From Monocercomonoides exilis PA203 (Eukaryota > Protista > Preaxostyla), in the NCBI GenBank assembly GCA_001643675.2, contig LSRY02000016.1:124001-188000 (forward strand): a stretch of DNA of 64,000 nt, given 5' to 3'. The notes under the pieces are model-generated. The model saw only the letters and a program-made list of their open reading frames with translations. It made no database searches and was not told the DNA's origin. Shown piece after piece: positions 1 through 11,500 of the stretch (its first letter is position 1; each line of letters begins with the position of its first letter). The translations under genes were made by a program, and so were the position numbers.

Positions 1-3000
1 CAAAATCGCTGCCTTTCCCTCTTTTCCACATTGCAGAATCAGCTGCTGCTCCATTGTCAGAATATGAGGTCTTTCTGAAAGACAACATTGAGCAGCTTCT
101 GTCGCTTTCGTTTCCTCTTCATTTGATAAGAAAGCTGTTTGATGACTGCACCAAACACAGATTTGAGAGTGGAGAGCATCTTATTTCAATGCCAATTGAA
201 GATCTCAATGAAGATAGCGAAAATGAAGAAAATGAAGAAGAGGCAAGCGAGCAAAATGCGCCGTCTGCTTTGCTGATTGATGAAAACGTGATTTCGCCTC
301 AGCTTTTGGTGACTTGTGTTCGACCAGACATCCAAACAGTTTCGACAAATGGCTCTTCATTTTCATCAGCCACTTCATCAGCAAATCGGCTGCAGCCAGC
401 AATCAAGCAGGAGTCAACACTGTTCTTGTTTTCACACAATTATTCATTGTGCACTTCTTCGTCTTCTTCAAACACAGATTATACATCCACATCACAGTGT
501 GTGTCGACAGATCTTCGGGAAAACAGCGACATTCTGAAGTTCGTTGAGAGAGCAACAGGTGTTGACTATCATTTTGACGGAGATGAAGACGAAGGTTGTG
601 ATGAAAATGATGATGAGCAGACTGAGGAAGCAAATGAAGAAGAAGAAAATGAAACTGAAGAAGATGAAAATGAACCATCTGAAGTTATTGAGACGGTGGA
701 GCAACTCATGGAAATGATCAAGACTGTTAGTCTGCCATTTTCTGTTGACAATCATATTTCATCAGCTGAATCATCATCGTCGTCTTCAAGTTCCTCATCT
801 TCAAGCGAAGACAGTTCTGCATATTCACTCACACTCGATGACACACAACTCTCTGAAAGTGTCCTCTGTGCATTTGCCAGTTTAAATGATACAGCTTCTC
901 AATCAAGCTCCTCCTGCCAGACAGAATTCAAAGAGCTTTTCGAAAAGCTGAACCATGTCGTTTCACTTTCATTGTGCAGATGCAACATTCTTCGTGTTCC
1001 AGATGCACTTCGTTCATTACTTTTGTTGTGTGCACCGTCTCTCACTGCGCTCTGGCTGAAAGATCGTATTTCTCTGGAACAGCTTCAAAAGGAAAGTTCA
1101 TTGAAAGCAGATGAGCAAGATTCAAAACAGAAAAAACAACCAATTTCTGAAGCAGAAGTTCAGACGCTATGCAAACGTATTGAGATGCTAAATGGGCATT
1201 TCTTAGACAACTACACAGAACGAGGTGTGTTGTGTGTAGCTGAAATGACTCTCAATCGTGTTCCATCTGTTTGTGAATCTGAATTGCCATCAAATGTTGA
1301 TGAAAAAAGCGAAAAAACGGAGACTGAACAGGAAGAAGGCAATGCTGAAGACGATGACTGTGATGATGAGTTCGCGTATCATCCATATTGCTCATCAATA
1401 ACAACACAGAACCGTATTTCTTGTCACAAGTTTGTACCAAATTGTCGTCCTCTTCTTTCTCTGCATCCAGATGATTTGTGTTTGGAGCACTTAAGTTCAA
1501 TCTCATTGACTAACAGGAATCTTTCTTCACTTTCTCCATCTGTTTTCTCTCGATGCCTTAACTTGCGAGTGTTGAATGTTTCACAAAATCCAAAATTAGC
1601 ATTGAAACTGTATGAAGAGTATATTTCATTGGTGAAAATGAGTGAATCAGAAAAGAAGGATGAAAATGTTGGACAGCGCACTCCAACTTTAGCAGTTTTG
1701 AATTATTTGATTGAGTGTGGAAATTTGACACGTTTGGAGTGGACTGATTTGAGTGTGACTGTACTTCCAAAATTGATACAGGAAGACAATTCACTTTCAG
1801 AGGAAAAGAAAAAACTGTATCAACAAATTCTATCAACTGAAAATTCGGATAAGAAATCATCATTGCCTCTGTCTGCCTCTCAATTCGAAGAACTTTCAAC
1901 AATCTATCAAGAATTTGTGACTCGTGTGTTCCCTTGCCTTCAACAGTTCAATGGTGTATCACCACATACTCATTACAACTTTGCTAAAGTTTTTGAGTCA
2001 AAATGTTCAAAGCGCAATAAATTTGAGGATCCTTTTGTTCTTCTTGCTGAGCACGAAGCGAGAGTGATGAGAGGCACAAGTGCATTCTGGAGGATCTCTC
2101 AGAGCTACGATGTTATCATCAAGAATACCTCAAGTTCTGCTTCTTCATCATCTGACCATTCAAATTCAGAGAATGAAGAGCCATCAAGCACACTTGTCAC
2201 GCAGCACTGGTGGTTCCTTCCTGATGAGCTGGGATCGGGTATTGCGCACAACAGTCAGTGCCCAAATGTTGCTTGTCGGAATCTTTGTGTTATTCTCAGA
2301 ACAAAAGAAAAGTCTGATGGTTCAACAAAAACGAGCGAGAAGGTGCAGAATGTGATGGTCATGGCATGCTGGCCATTACGTGACCTGTGGAAGGGAGAGG
2401 TGTTAACACGAGATTATTGGGATGGACTAATATTCTCAGAAAAGAAAGAAGAGCAGTGCACAGTGACGAAGTACAAGCAAATACTAGACAAATTGTTGAA
2501 GGGAGTACCAGCAACAAACAAGACAAAGAAAATTGAAGATATGAAGCTTGAAGTAAATGCTCAACATTCTAAACAAGCAGAAACTGTGAAATTATCGTTA
2601 TCATCAGCATCATCTTCGAGTTCTCCGCATTCATCAAAATATATCCATTTACCGATTACGTCTTCAATTCCTTCATCCGGTAGTGGATCAAAAATCAAAA
2701 TATACACAGATTCTTCTCTTGTTGCAACGTATTTATCTGCTCCTCAGTTTGAGCTTACAGAAAATCCTCTTGATGCACATATCCTCTGGATTACACAGGA
2801 TATCAGAAGCTTTTTAAGAGAGCACTCAGACATTATTACCCAATTAAAAAGCAAGATTGGGCCATTCTTTTCAAACAGCTCAAACACTGAAAAGCAAACA
2901 AATTCTCCAGAAGCGTCTGTTGCAGAAGCTGTTGATCTCTTTTCTAAGAAGTATGATGAATGGAACGAAAAATTCAAATCTGGCCAGAGTGATTTGAAAG

Positions 3001-4376
3001 AGTTTCCATTCATCTTTGTTGATCAATATCCAGGTGAAGAAAGATTTCTATACAAGCATTTCCTTCCTCAAGTACTCCAATCGTCTCCTTCCTCGTCCCC
3101 TTCGCCTTTCTTCTTACCAACATTCCGCCTGAGTGAGCCAAATGCTGAAGCAAAAGTCAAACAGCTGGTTGCCTTTTTGAATGAGTTGTCTGCACCTGCT
3201 CTGAGCGAAGACTCATCATTTGCTCCATCGTCCGTGTGGATAAGCAAGCCCTGGAACATGGCGCGCTCAATGAACATAGTGATTGCTCCATGCTATTTGC
3301 CTTATCCAAACTCTCCATTATTAACTGAAGGAGCATCTCTGTTCATTGCACATAAACAAAATTCGGTCAAGCAAGGTACTTCATCTGTCTTGCAGTCTAG
3401 TTTCTATCCTTTTGAATCTCAGTTTGTCCCATTTTCTGCATGCTCATCGTCTCCATTAACCCACATCAAACTCCAAAGCGAACTTACCGTTCCTCGAATT
3501 TCATCTCTTTATCTTTCTTCTCCTCTTTTGTCTCCGGTTCCATTTTCGGAGCTTTCTCCGAATCAGTCGCTGCCATTTCCATTCCACAACCAGCCGCCTC
3601 TTCACAAGTTTGATCTTCGATTTATTGTTCTCCTTCATTCACTTCCATCGCAAGATCATCCAGAACCAGTAGTGCTGATGTACAATCGGTTCTGGATTCG
3701 GTTGGCAAATGTTCCTTATTCACTTGATACATTTGACAATTACGAAAAGCACTTTACTGTGATGAACTATGCTAATGATGAAGAAGGGCCAAATGTTCAG
3801 TCGAAGAAGAAAGTGAAGTGGATGCAGATGGATTACACAGAATTTATTGATCTTTACAACAAAGAGAACAACAGGCGCTGCAGATTAAATGAATGTATGC
3901 AAAAATTAAATACAGCTTCACACAAAGTGTTCAGTTCAGAGAAGTCTATTTTGATTGATGATAACAATACTTGGGAAGAAGTTTTGGGAAAAATTCAAAC
4001 AATGGTTGTTGAACTTTTCACAAGAGCATCAACTACATCAGCAGAAAATGAAAATAAAGAGAATAAGCAAAAACCTAATCAGTACACTCCACCAGAGTTA
4101 ATTTCTGCTCCAAATTGCAGAGCAATGTATGGATTGGATATAATGTTAGAGAGAAGTGTAAAGGAAGAGATTGTAGATGGCATACGCCACTTTGTGTATT
4201 CTGTTTCTCCAATTCTTGTTGAATGCAATTATCAGCCTGATTGCCTTCGCGCATGCCTTAATAGTCCTAATCACTCTTTCTACAACGACGTTTTTACATC
4301 ATTATTTTGCTGGAATGGATGTGATTCTACACTTCCAAAATCTTTTACAGTGTTGAAAAAGAAAGTAGCAGAATAA
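1..4376 (+). CDS. TTLL12: Tubulin-tyrosine ligase-like 12 (TTLL12)-like protein with LRR and SET-like region; 5' end lies upstream of the window
   Basis: The frame is open from position 3, so the TTG at 54 is not a true start. TTL motifs WISKPWNMARS, KFDLRFIVLL, YEKHFTVMNY, RAMYGLDIML and ECNYQPDC are present. SET-like segment DELGSGIAH...WPLRDLWKGEVLTRDY. LRR-like LRVLNVSQNP. Confidence 0.85.
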   Translation, partial: KSLPFPLFHIAESAAAPLSEYEVFLKDNIEQLLSLSFPLHLIRKLFDDCTKHRFESGEHLISMPIEDLNEDSENEENEEEASEQNAPSALLIDENVISPQLLVTCVRPDIQTVSTNGSSFSSATSSANRLQPAIKQESTLFLFSHNYSLCTSSSSSNTDYTSTSQCVSTDLRENSDILKFVERATGVDYHFDGDEDEGCDENDDEQTEEANEEEENETEEDENEPSEVIETVEQLMEMIKTVSLPFSVDNHISSAESSSSSSSSSSSSEDSSAYSLTLDDTQLSESVLCAFASLNDTASQSSSSCQTEFKELFEKLNHVVSLSLCRCNILRVPDALRSLLLLCAPSLTALWLKDRISLEQLQKESSLKADEQDSKQKKQPISEAEVQTLCKRIEMLNGHFLDNYTERGVLCVAEMTLNRVPSVCESELPSNVDEKSEKTETEQEEGNAEDDDCDDEFAYHPYCSSITTQNRISCHKFVPNCRPLLSLHPDDLCLEHLSSISLTNRNLSSLSPSVFSRCLNLRVLNVSQNPKLALKLYEEYISLVKMSESEKKDENVGQRTPTLAVLNYLIECGNLTRLEWTDLSVTVLPKLIQEDNSLSEEKKKLYQQILSTENSDKKSSLPLSASQFEELSTIYQEFVTRVFPCLQQFNGVSPHTHYNFAKVFESKCSKRNKFEDPFVLLAEHEARVMRGTSAFWRISQSYDVIIKNTSSSASSSSDHSNSENEEPSSTLVTQHWWFLPDELGSGIAHNSQCPNVACRNLCVILRTKEKSDGSTKTSEKVQNVMVMACWPLRDLWKGEVLTRDYWDGLIFSEKKEEQCTVTKYKQILDKLLKGVPATNKTKKIEDMKLEVNAQHSKQAETVKLSLSSASSSSSPHSSKYIHLPITSSIPSSGSGSKIKIYTDSSLVATYLSAPQFELTENPLDAHILWITQDIRSFLREHSDIITQLKSKIGPFFSNSSNTEKQTNSPEASVAEAVDLFSKKYDEWNEKFKSGQSDLKEFPFIFVDQYPGEERFLYKHFLPQVLQSSPSSSPSPFFLPTFRLSEPNAEAKVKQLVAFLNELSAPALSEDSSFAPSSVWISKPWNMARSMNIVIAPCYLPYPNSPLLTEGASLFIAHKQNSVKQGTSSVLQSSFYPFESQFVPFSACSSSPLTHIKLQSELTVPRISSLYLSSPLLSPVPFSELSPNQSLPFPFHNQPPLHKFDLRFIVLLHSLPSQDHPEPVVLMYNRFWIRLANVPYSLDTFDNYEKHFTVMNYANDEEGPNVQSKKKVKWMQMDYTEFIDLYNKENNRRCRLNECMQKLNTASHKVFSSEKSILIDDNNTWEEVLGKIQTMVVELFTRASTTSAENENKENKQKPNQYTPPELISAPNCRAMYGLDIMLERSVKEEIVDGIRHFVYSVSPILVECNYQPDCLRACLNSPNHSFYNDVFTSLFCWNGCDSTLPKSFTVLKKKVAE

Positions 4377-4722
4377 TGCATTTCGTCAAATTTTTATTTG
4401 TGTTAGTCATGTTTAAATTGGTAGAGAAATTATTTGATTGTTGAAACTTTCCTGGTTGTTTTTTTGCTAAAAGAACATTATTTTCACAATGAAAAATTAT
4501 GGATATTTATTGGTTATTAAGGTTTTTTTTTTTTTTTTTTTTTGGTTGATGATAACTTACACCAAAAATTATTCAAAATCGAAAATTTTTCATTCAAATT
4601 TCAAATGTTTATCTGTCGTTTCAAACGCTTATGTTTGATTTGAAAAAAAGTTGATTCGTCACAAAACAGATCTATCACTTTTCAGGGTTCATTTATGAAT
4701 ATTCATAACATATGGAGGGAAA

Positions 4723-4982
4723 TAAGGGCAAGTTGAGTAGATCATGGTCCCAAGGTAATCCGACTCACTATTTATATCATTTTCATTTTGAAAATCTTTT
4801 CTTGGGTTAACCCTAACCCTTATTTTGCTAGGAAAAACCCAAATCCATCACAATATCCAATATGAACTTGTTTAATCCGTCAAAACCCTAAAACCTTATA
4901 AGTACAACAAGAGAATATTATAAAATTCTTTAAATTAATGGCATTGATCATGTGGTACCAGGATCTTCTCCATTTGCCATTA
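4723..4982. mobile_element. MITE-like element (family E) with imperfect ~30-bp TIRs and internal telomere-like TAACCC motifs
   Basis: Left end taagggcaagttgagtagatcatggtccca versus reverse complement of right end taatggcaaatggagaagatcctggtacca. Internal gggttaaccctaaccct at ~4804-4820. Confidence 0.55.
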
Positions 4983-4984
4983 TG

Positions 4985-5080
4985 CGGACTTTCAAGCTTT
5001 TTTTTGCACAAATCATATTATTTTCGTTTCACTCACAACTTTATTTAACTCACTCAGATTTCAAAATAAATCGGACTTTC
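4985..5080 (+). repeat. Partial copy of dispersed repeat family C
   Basis: ggactttcaagcttttttttgcaca...aactttattt...aaaataaatcgga matches the 5' third of the copies at 6024 and 50989. Confidence 0.55.
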
Positions 5081-5100
5081 CTATCAGCTATTAATATATA

Positions 5101-5358
5101 TGGGTGATTATTTTTGTAATCATATCTTTTTTCGGGGTGTTGATTTTTCAAAGATTGAAAGTCTTTCGAAAGAAATATTTTGTTTCAAAAGAAAAGAAGC
5201 ATGATAATTGTATTAAAAATCAAGGATTTTTTCAAAATATGAGATGAAAATGTCTTCAAAAACCTATTCACTTTTCAATTTTTTTTATCGATATTTAAGA
5301 AATATATTTGCGCCGAAATTTTTGTATAAAAAAATATGATTTCAAGAATAATCACCCA
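5101..5358 (+). mobile_element. MITE-like element family B (258 bp, ~25-bp TIRs)
   Basis: Left end tgggtgattatttttgtaatcatat; right end reverse complement tgggtgattattcttgaaatcatat. A second, inverted copy lies at 7529-7785. Confidence 0.7.
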
Positions 5359-5365
5359 CGTGTGT

Positions 5366-5597
5366 AATTCTTTTTGAAAAGTTACAAATGCATAATCTTC
5401 AAATAAATCAAGATTTTCAAATTTTGCTCAAATTTTTGTTGACACACACCAAACTTTCCAAATATGGAATCCATTATTGGATAATGCTATTTCATGCATT
5501 CAAGTGAAGTTACGTGAATGTTAAATAATATTTGAGCAAAAAATGAAGATTAAACATTATTTGAAAATTAAACATTTGCGACTTTTCAAAAAGAATT
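5366..5597. mobile_element. Degenerate foldback/MITE-like element family D
   Basis: Left aattctttttgaaaagttacaaatgcataatcttcaaataa versus right-end reverse complement aattctttttgaaaagtcgcaaatgtttaattttcaaataa. Inner ttttgctcaaat/atttgagcaaaa also pair. Confidence 0.6.
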
Positions 5598-6023
5598 TCC
5601 CATAAATATATATATATATATACCGTTGATATAATAACATCATTTTTTGAAATAAGCTTGATGTCACACTACATTAATTAATTTTTTTTTTTATCACAAA
5701 AATTTAATTAAAAGTTCATAATTTTTTATTGAAAATTCTTAAATGACAATATTTTGCTCCATATCTTCAAACCGACATATTTAATGAAAAAATTGGGGGT
5801 AAAAAAATAATCACACATAAAAACATAATAAAAATATTTTCTAACCTTTTATTGATTTTCGCCGACTTTTTGAAAATTTAAAGTTTTTCCAACTTTCGAC
5901 TTCGTTTGAAAGTTTTTCGATTTTAATTTAATTTTGATGTATTTTTTCATCACAAATAATTTTTATTCTAATTTTTAAAAATATGTTTTAATAAAAAATA
6001 TGACAATATTGCTTAACTGCATA

Positions 6024-6290
6024 GGGGAAAATACGGACTATCAAGCTTTATATCCACTAAACATTAAATATTTGTTTAGCTCATCACTTTAAACATATTT
6101 CTAAGATTTCTAAATAAATTGGATTTTAATTTCCTTTTTCAGACATCGTTGAAATAAATACATAAAGTATTCCAACATTTCACGAACGTCAAAAAACGAT
6201 CCCATTTTAATTGTATTTTTTAATCTCAAAAAGTCAATGAAAAGTTCAAAATAATTCAAAGAAAATGTATGAAGTTAAATATTAAGCCCC
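6024..6290 (+). mobile_element. Dispersed 267-bp repeat family C (GGGG...CCCC termini, MITE-like)
   Basis: Collinear with 50989-51255 (shared ggggaaaata, tcaagcttt, atctcaaaaagtcaatgaaaagt, gcccc) and the same length. Confidence 0.7.
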
Positions 6291-6606
6291 ATATTATAAA
6301 AAAAAGAAAAAATTAAATAATTTTTGCAATTGCATTCCATTCAAACAAGCCGATAAAAAATTAACCCAAATTATTAAATATTCAAAATCGGATATAATCA
6401 CATCTGTTTTAGCATGACTTTTTGTGACTATTTCTTATTGTGATTATATGTGATGTTGCTTAACACAGAAAAAAATAAATATCAATTTATTCATTAATTA
6501 ATTATGTGTCAATTTTTTATTTTTGAAAATTCTTCACAAAAACAATTTTTTCAATAGAAACTGCTTTTTTTGTGTATTATTGTATTATTCAGATTTTTTA
6601 ACATTT

Positions 6607-6874
6607 TGGACAAAATATTTGACTTCAGGCATTTTCATAGAAAAATTATGCACCAGAGATGAACTTTTTGTGATAAAAAAATTTGTTATAAATGGGATTA
6701 TTTTTTGAAATACATAAGAGGTCACAAAACATAATGTTTTAATATCAATGACATTTGTTTTCAGTAATGAAAATCGAATTAATTTTAATATTTGAGAAAG
6801 CGAAATAAAGTTATAAGTAAAACTATTTTTTCATTCTTTGTGCACAAAAAGCTTGAAAGTCCATATTTTCCCCC
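6607..6874 (-). mobile_element. Dispersed repeat family C, inverted copy
   Basis: Its end gcttgaaagtccatattttccccc is the reverse complement of the start at 50988. Its start acttcaggcattttcatagaaaaattatgcac matches the reverse complement of the 51210-51255 end. Confidence 0.75.
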
Positions 6875-7528
6875 ATTTGTTCCCAATATCAGATTCATCT
6901 TTCTTGTGTCTTCATGGGCAAGAAAAATTGATTCATTAGCACATAAAATCATTGAAGAATACTTTTCATACACATATTAAGTTAAATGAGATTTTCATGA
7001 AATAATGCTTTGTTCAAATATTTTCATTCTTTTTTCGTTTCTCACTCTTGAAAAGACGATCATCAATTCCTCGCTATGCCTTTTTTGAATGTCGAATGAA
7101 AATTGTGAGAAGGCGTTTTATGACAAACTTTCGCAACAACGGCTCTTAGCGTTTTCGGTGTGATTTGCTTTCTATTATCTCTCAAAATTTTCAGTAGTTC
7201 CTGACTCGTTTTTCTTGTTTTCGAGTCATCAACATGTTTTTTTTCTCAATAACCTTTTTCCTTATATATCCGGTTCGAACCTGGCAGACAAGGCTCGGTG
7301 TGCAGTTGAGGGCCTTTGCAATTAGTACGTTTGAAGGTATTTTCACCTTTCTAAATTTGCAGGTGTTGAAGAAGGAACCAATTAATGAAACTTTTGTTTT
7401 TGAAGTTTTTAATGACAAGAAGGATTAAATGAAGTGCAGGTCTAATTTTGGATTTAATCCTGTTAAAACTGTTTCAAATGAAGATGTTCAAAAAGTTGAT
7501 AATACAAAAGACATTTCCAGTAAAAAGA

Positions 7529-7785
7529 TGGGTGATAATTTTTGAAGTCATATTTTTTCATTCAAAAATTTCAGTTCAAGAATTTCCTTTGAATATGAAT
7601 TAATGATCACTGAAGAGTGAAAAGGCTCAATAAAGACATTTGAATATTGATTTCAGCTGATTCACTTAATCCTAAAACAGTTGTGATAAATCAAGCATTT
7701 TAATTCAAAAGCTCTTTTCAATGACAAGCAAATTTTGAAAAGTCTGCAACCCGAAAAAAGTTATGATTTCAAAAATAATCACCCA
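7529..7785 (-). mobile_element. MITE-like element family B, inverted copy (257 bp)
   Basis: TIRs tgggtgataatttttgaagtcata / tatgatttcaaaaataatcaccca. Sub-terminal cccgaaaaaag mirrors cttttttcggg of the copy at 5101. Confidence 0.7.
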
Positions 7786-7888
7786 GATAGACAAATTTGC
7801 TTAACCGAAATAACCATAATAATAAAAGAATTAATATTTCCAACTTTAACAATTAGCATGAATGGTGAGTGACTGTCGATACAACATC

Positions 7889-8248
7889 CAGTTTGTGCAA
7901 AAAATACCGGACAAGATCGATATCTCAATAACTGCAAAAAGAAAAATTCTGACAAATTTCCTCAAAAATATATCTCATCAATACAAACTCATGTGACATA
8001 CAAGACTTTCATAACTTCCTTGTTTATGCACAGAAAAAATATATATCGAAATCTCGGAGTAATAGGATTTTGACTTACTCCGATATTTCAAAAAAAAATT
8101 TTTTTTGTGTACAAATGATGCAATTTTGAAAGTTTTGGCCATCAATTGAATTTGCATTGATGAGATGTATTTAGAGGAAAATTATCAGAATTATTACACA
8201 TGCTGTTATTGAGATATTGATCTTGTCAGGTATTTTTTGCACAAACTG
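7889..8248. mobile_element. Foldback (palindromic) element family A, diverged copy (360 bp)
   Basis: Arms cagtttgtgcaaaaaatacc...ggtattttttgcacaaactg. Central stem tcggagtaa/ttactccga around loop taggattttgac (8063-8074). Homologous to 50266-50659. Confidence 0.8.
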
Positions 8249-8571
8249 TTAATTTATTAAGGTAACAATTGCATCTTGTGTTTTGATCTAAATAATCTTA
8301 TTTTTGAAAAATTATTTTTTTATTATTTTTTTCAAAAGCGTTTTTTGGAGCCAGAAAATTTTGTTCCCGATAAAAAAAAAAGCCGCGATAAAATCCTCTA
8401 ACTTATCAAATATAAAAGATACCGAAAATAATTCAAAGACTTGAAATATCTAAAATTTTCAATTCTGAAAACATAAGCTTAACATGAATTTGAATACTAT
8501 TCAAAATGTTGTTCAGTTCGACAAGTTTTTTGTTCAATCATATTTTATTATGCTTTACATGATCTGAGAAA

Positions 8572-11500
8572 ATGAAAAGATGCATTTTTGTATTTTGCGT
8601 GATAGTTTGCCTGTACGAAGCAAAATGTGATGAACATAATTGTTGCTCAATTATTTCTGCAAAAGTTGATGCGACTAACTCAACAGTTGATTTTCATTTT
8701 CACACATTCATAAACCTACCTCACAGCCCAATAATTCGATGCAGGAAATCTTCAAGAATAAGCTTTAAAAACAGCTTGTTAAGAAATTGTATCGATGTTG
8801 AATGCTTGTTAGAAATTAACGAAGGGTTAATAGATTGCTCAAATATTTCCTTTTCGCACTCTGGTAGACCGACAAATGTATTTCCTTCCTTTGCATTATC
8901 GCCTTTTCAATGGTCAAATTTCATACTTCAATATTCAGCCATTACAAATTTAGTAGTCGAAGATTATTCGTATCTTTTTAAAGGAATGTTTGCTTATAAC
9001 TCAATGAAATTCAACTGCTTCTCGAATATTTCGTCAAATTTTTTACCAAAACAAAATGAAAAAAATGAATCTTTAGTAAGTTCAATCTCTTTAGAAACAA
9101 TTATTAAATGCAGCAACTTTAGAAGAGCAGATGAAAACTTAAATTGGATTATGCCAACACAAAGGAGTCAGTACAAATTATTGAAAGCTTTGAACAGCAC
9201 ATTTGTTGAATGCAAACATTCTTTAAACAGTGGAACCCGCGAAATGTTGAATGAGACGACCATATTGAATGATTGTTCATGGTCAGATTGTTCGGCCGAA
9301 GGATTAACTGTAAAGGAAGCTAACGGAGGAGCAATATATTTATATGGTAATGGAACAGCAGATCTTTCTATAAACAACTGCACATTTAGCAATTGCAGCA
9401 GCTTAAATTCTGGAGGTGCTATATATGCAGATAATGTTGGCACTATAAATGTTAATGAATCAAGATTTATGCAATGCCAAGCTGGAAATTTTGGAGGATC
9501 TATATCAGTTCGTGATATTCAAACAAAATATAGTTATTGCTTCAACAATTTTGAAAATTGTACAGCGCTTATTTTCGGTGGTGCTGTATACTTCAAGAAC
9601 TATACAGCCAATAATCAGGTGAATATGAATGTTGCAAAAAATTGCTCTTCAAGTAGTTATGGTGGAGGATTTATGCATCATGATTCAGACTATCCAGCTC
9701 CCTTTTTTAATACATTGACAATGAATTGCTCATCAATAACTGGAGGAGGATTATATCTTTTTTTTCAAAAAATACCACAAAATTCGGAAATTCAGCTCTT
9801 CTTTTTTTGCGCTTTTTTCAACAATACGGCAGAAAGTGGAAACGACATTCGTCTTTATAATAAAGATAATTTAACTGATGAATTAAATCCCACTGTTGGA
9901 TGCTTAACAACTTCAGTTGAAAATCAAGTCTGCATGTGGGCTACTGAAGAAGAAATTGTTAATTGGATACCAACGACACTTGAATCACGCTTGGTGAATT
10001 TTGAGAATGGTTTAGATATTGATGTTTGTGGGCTTGAAATCAAAAAATGCAGAACAATAGGGTTCACTGTGACACAAGCTCGACCGTCGACCAACTTTTC
10101 GATCATTCTGGAGAGCGCTCTGATAAAAGAAACACAGATAATAATTGGCGAAAACATTGTTTGTATCAGTCGAAAAAACGAAACATTCGTTCCAGAGATA
10201 GAATGTTGTTCAACAAATGGATCTTTCTTTCAAGTTGGGACAGGGTCTCTGAAAATCGAAAATATCGTTATTGTTTTGAGTCAAAATGCTTCTCCAGAAA
10301 TTACCATTTTTCATAGCACGAACTCAGGCGAGCTTATTATACACAATTGCATTATCAAAGGAAGCTGTCCTCCCACTTCAAATAGCCTGACCGCAGCTAT
10401 TTTTTCTGGATGTAATTCAAAAACAGAAATTGGAATGTGTAATGTTTCTTCTTTTTTCCTTTCTGGCAAGCCTGTTTTTGATATTAAGCCATGCTCTTTA
10501 CAAGCACCTTCACTTAATATTTCTAATACAACATTTTCAGACATTTCAAGAAAGACCGGAAGCGGATGTATCTTTGAAAAAGTTATTGAAAGCGATGAAC
10601 TGTTTTCAGTAAATGATGTTATTATTGAGGATTGCACAACAGAAGATGGAAATGGTGGTGGATTTTGGATTGAGTCGAATTATGGAAGTTCGCTGAGAAT
10701 TGGCGTGAGCGAAAAAGAGACCTCATTCAGCAGGTGCTCATGCAAGAATTTATTACCAGGAAACGGATATGGTGGAGGAATGTACCTTAAGTTTGACAAA
10801 GGTGCAAGCGATTTTATTGTGACAAGCACTTCCTTCACTGAATGCAGCGCATCAAAAGGAGGATCAAATATCTTCATCGAATGTTGGTGCCTGAAGGAAT
10901 TAATAAATGCAACTTCTTTAAACTTTTCGCGAGAAGATATGCTAAACAGGGATTTAATGGGATTTGAGGAAGGAAATGAAAACGCTCCAATCGAATTAGA
11001 AGCATTTTTTGTTGAATTTAATGGAACTGGATATGTTTGCGGAGATAATGGTTGTGACTTTAGTGGTTGTGGAACATATTCATATCCTTGTGCATCATTA
11101 TCACATCTTATTTCCTTACGATTTGAATTGATAGATAGAAATATAATTATAAATTCAATAGTGACGCTTGAAGAAGCAATTGAGATGAACGATTTTGAAT
11201 GCGAAATGACTGGTGTAACAACTACTACTCAATTCGATGTTTATCCTTCTTCAAGTATTTCTTCAGGGAATGTTATTAGTATTAGAAATAATGCAAATCT
11301 AATAAATTTATGCTTTTCTCTTCATCCAAGTTTTTCTTCTGCATCTGCTTTCATAAAATTTGTACCATCAATTGAAGAAGACAAATTATTAAGGATCTTT
11401 TCTTGCTCTTTTTCTGGTATCTCTGGATCTGAGATATCATATGCCATTATTTCATCAACAAATGGAAAGATAACAATCAGTGAATGCACTTTATCTGAAT

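Noticed and set aside
4377-8571. CRISPR-like array or autonomous transposon
   Set aside because: No regularly spaced direct repeats and no transposase or RT ORF; the context is eukaryotic.
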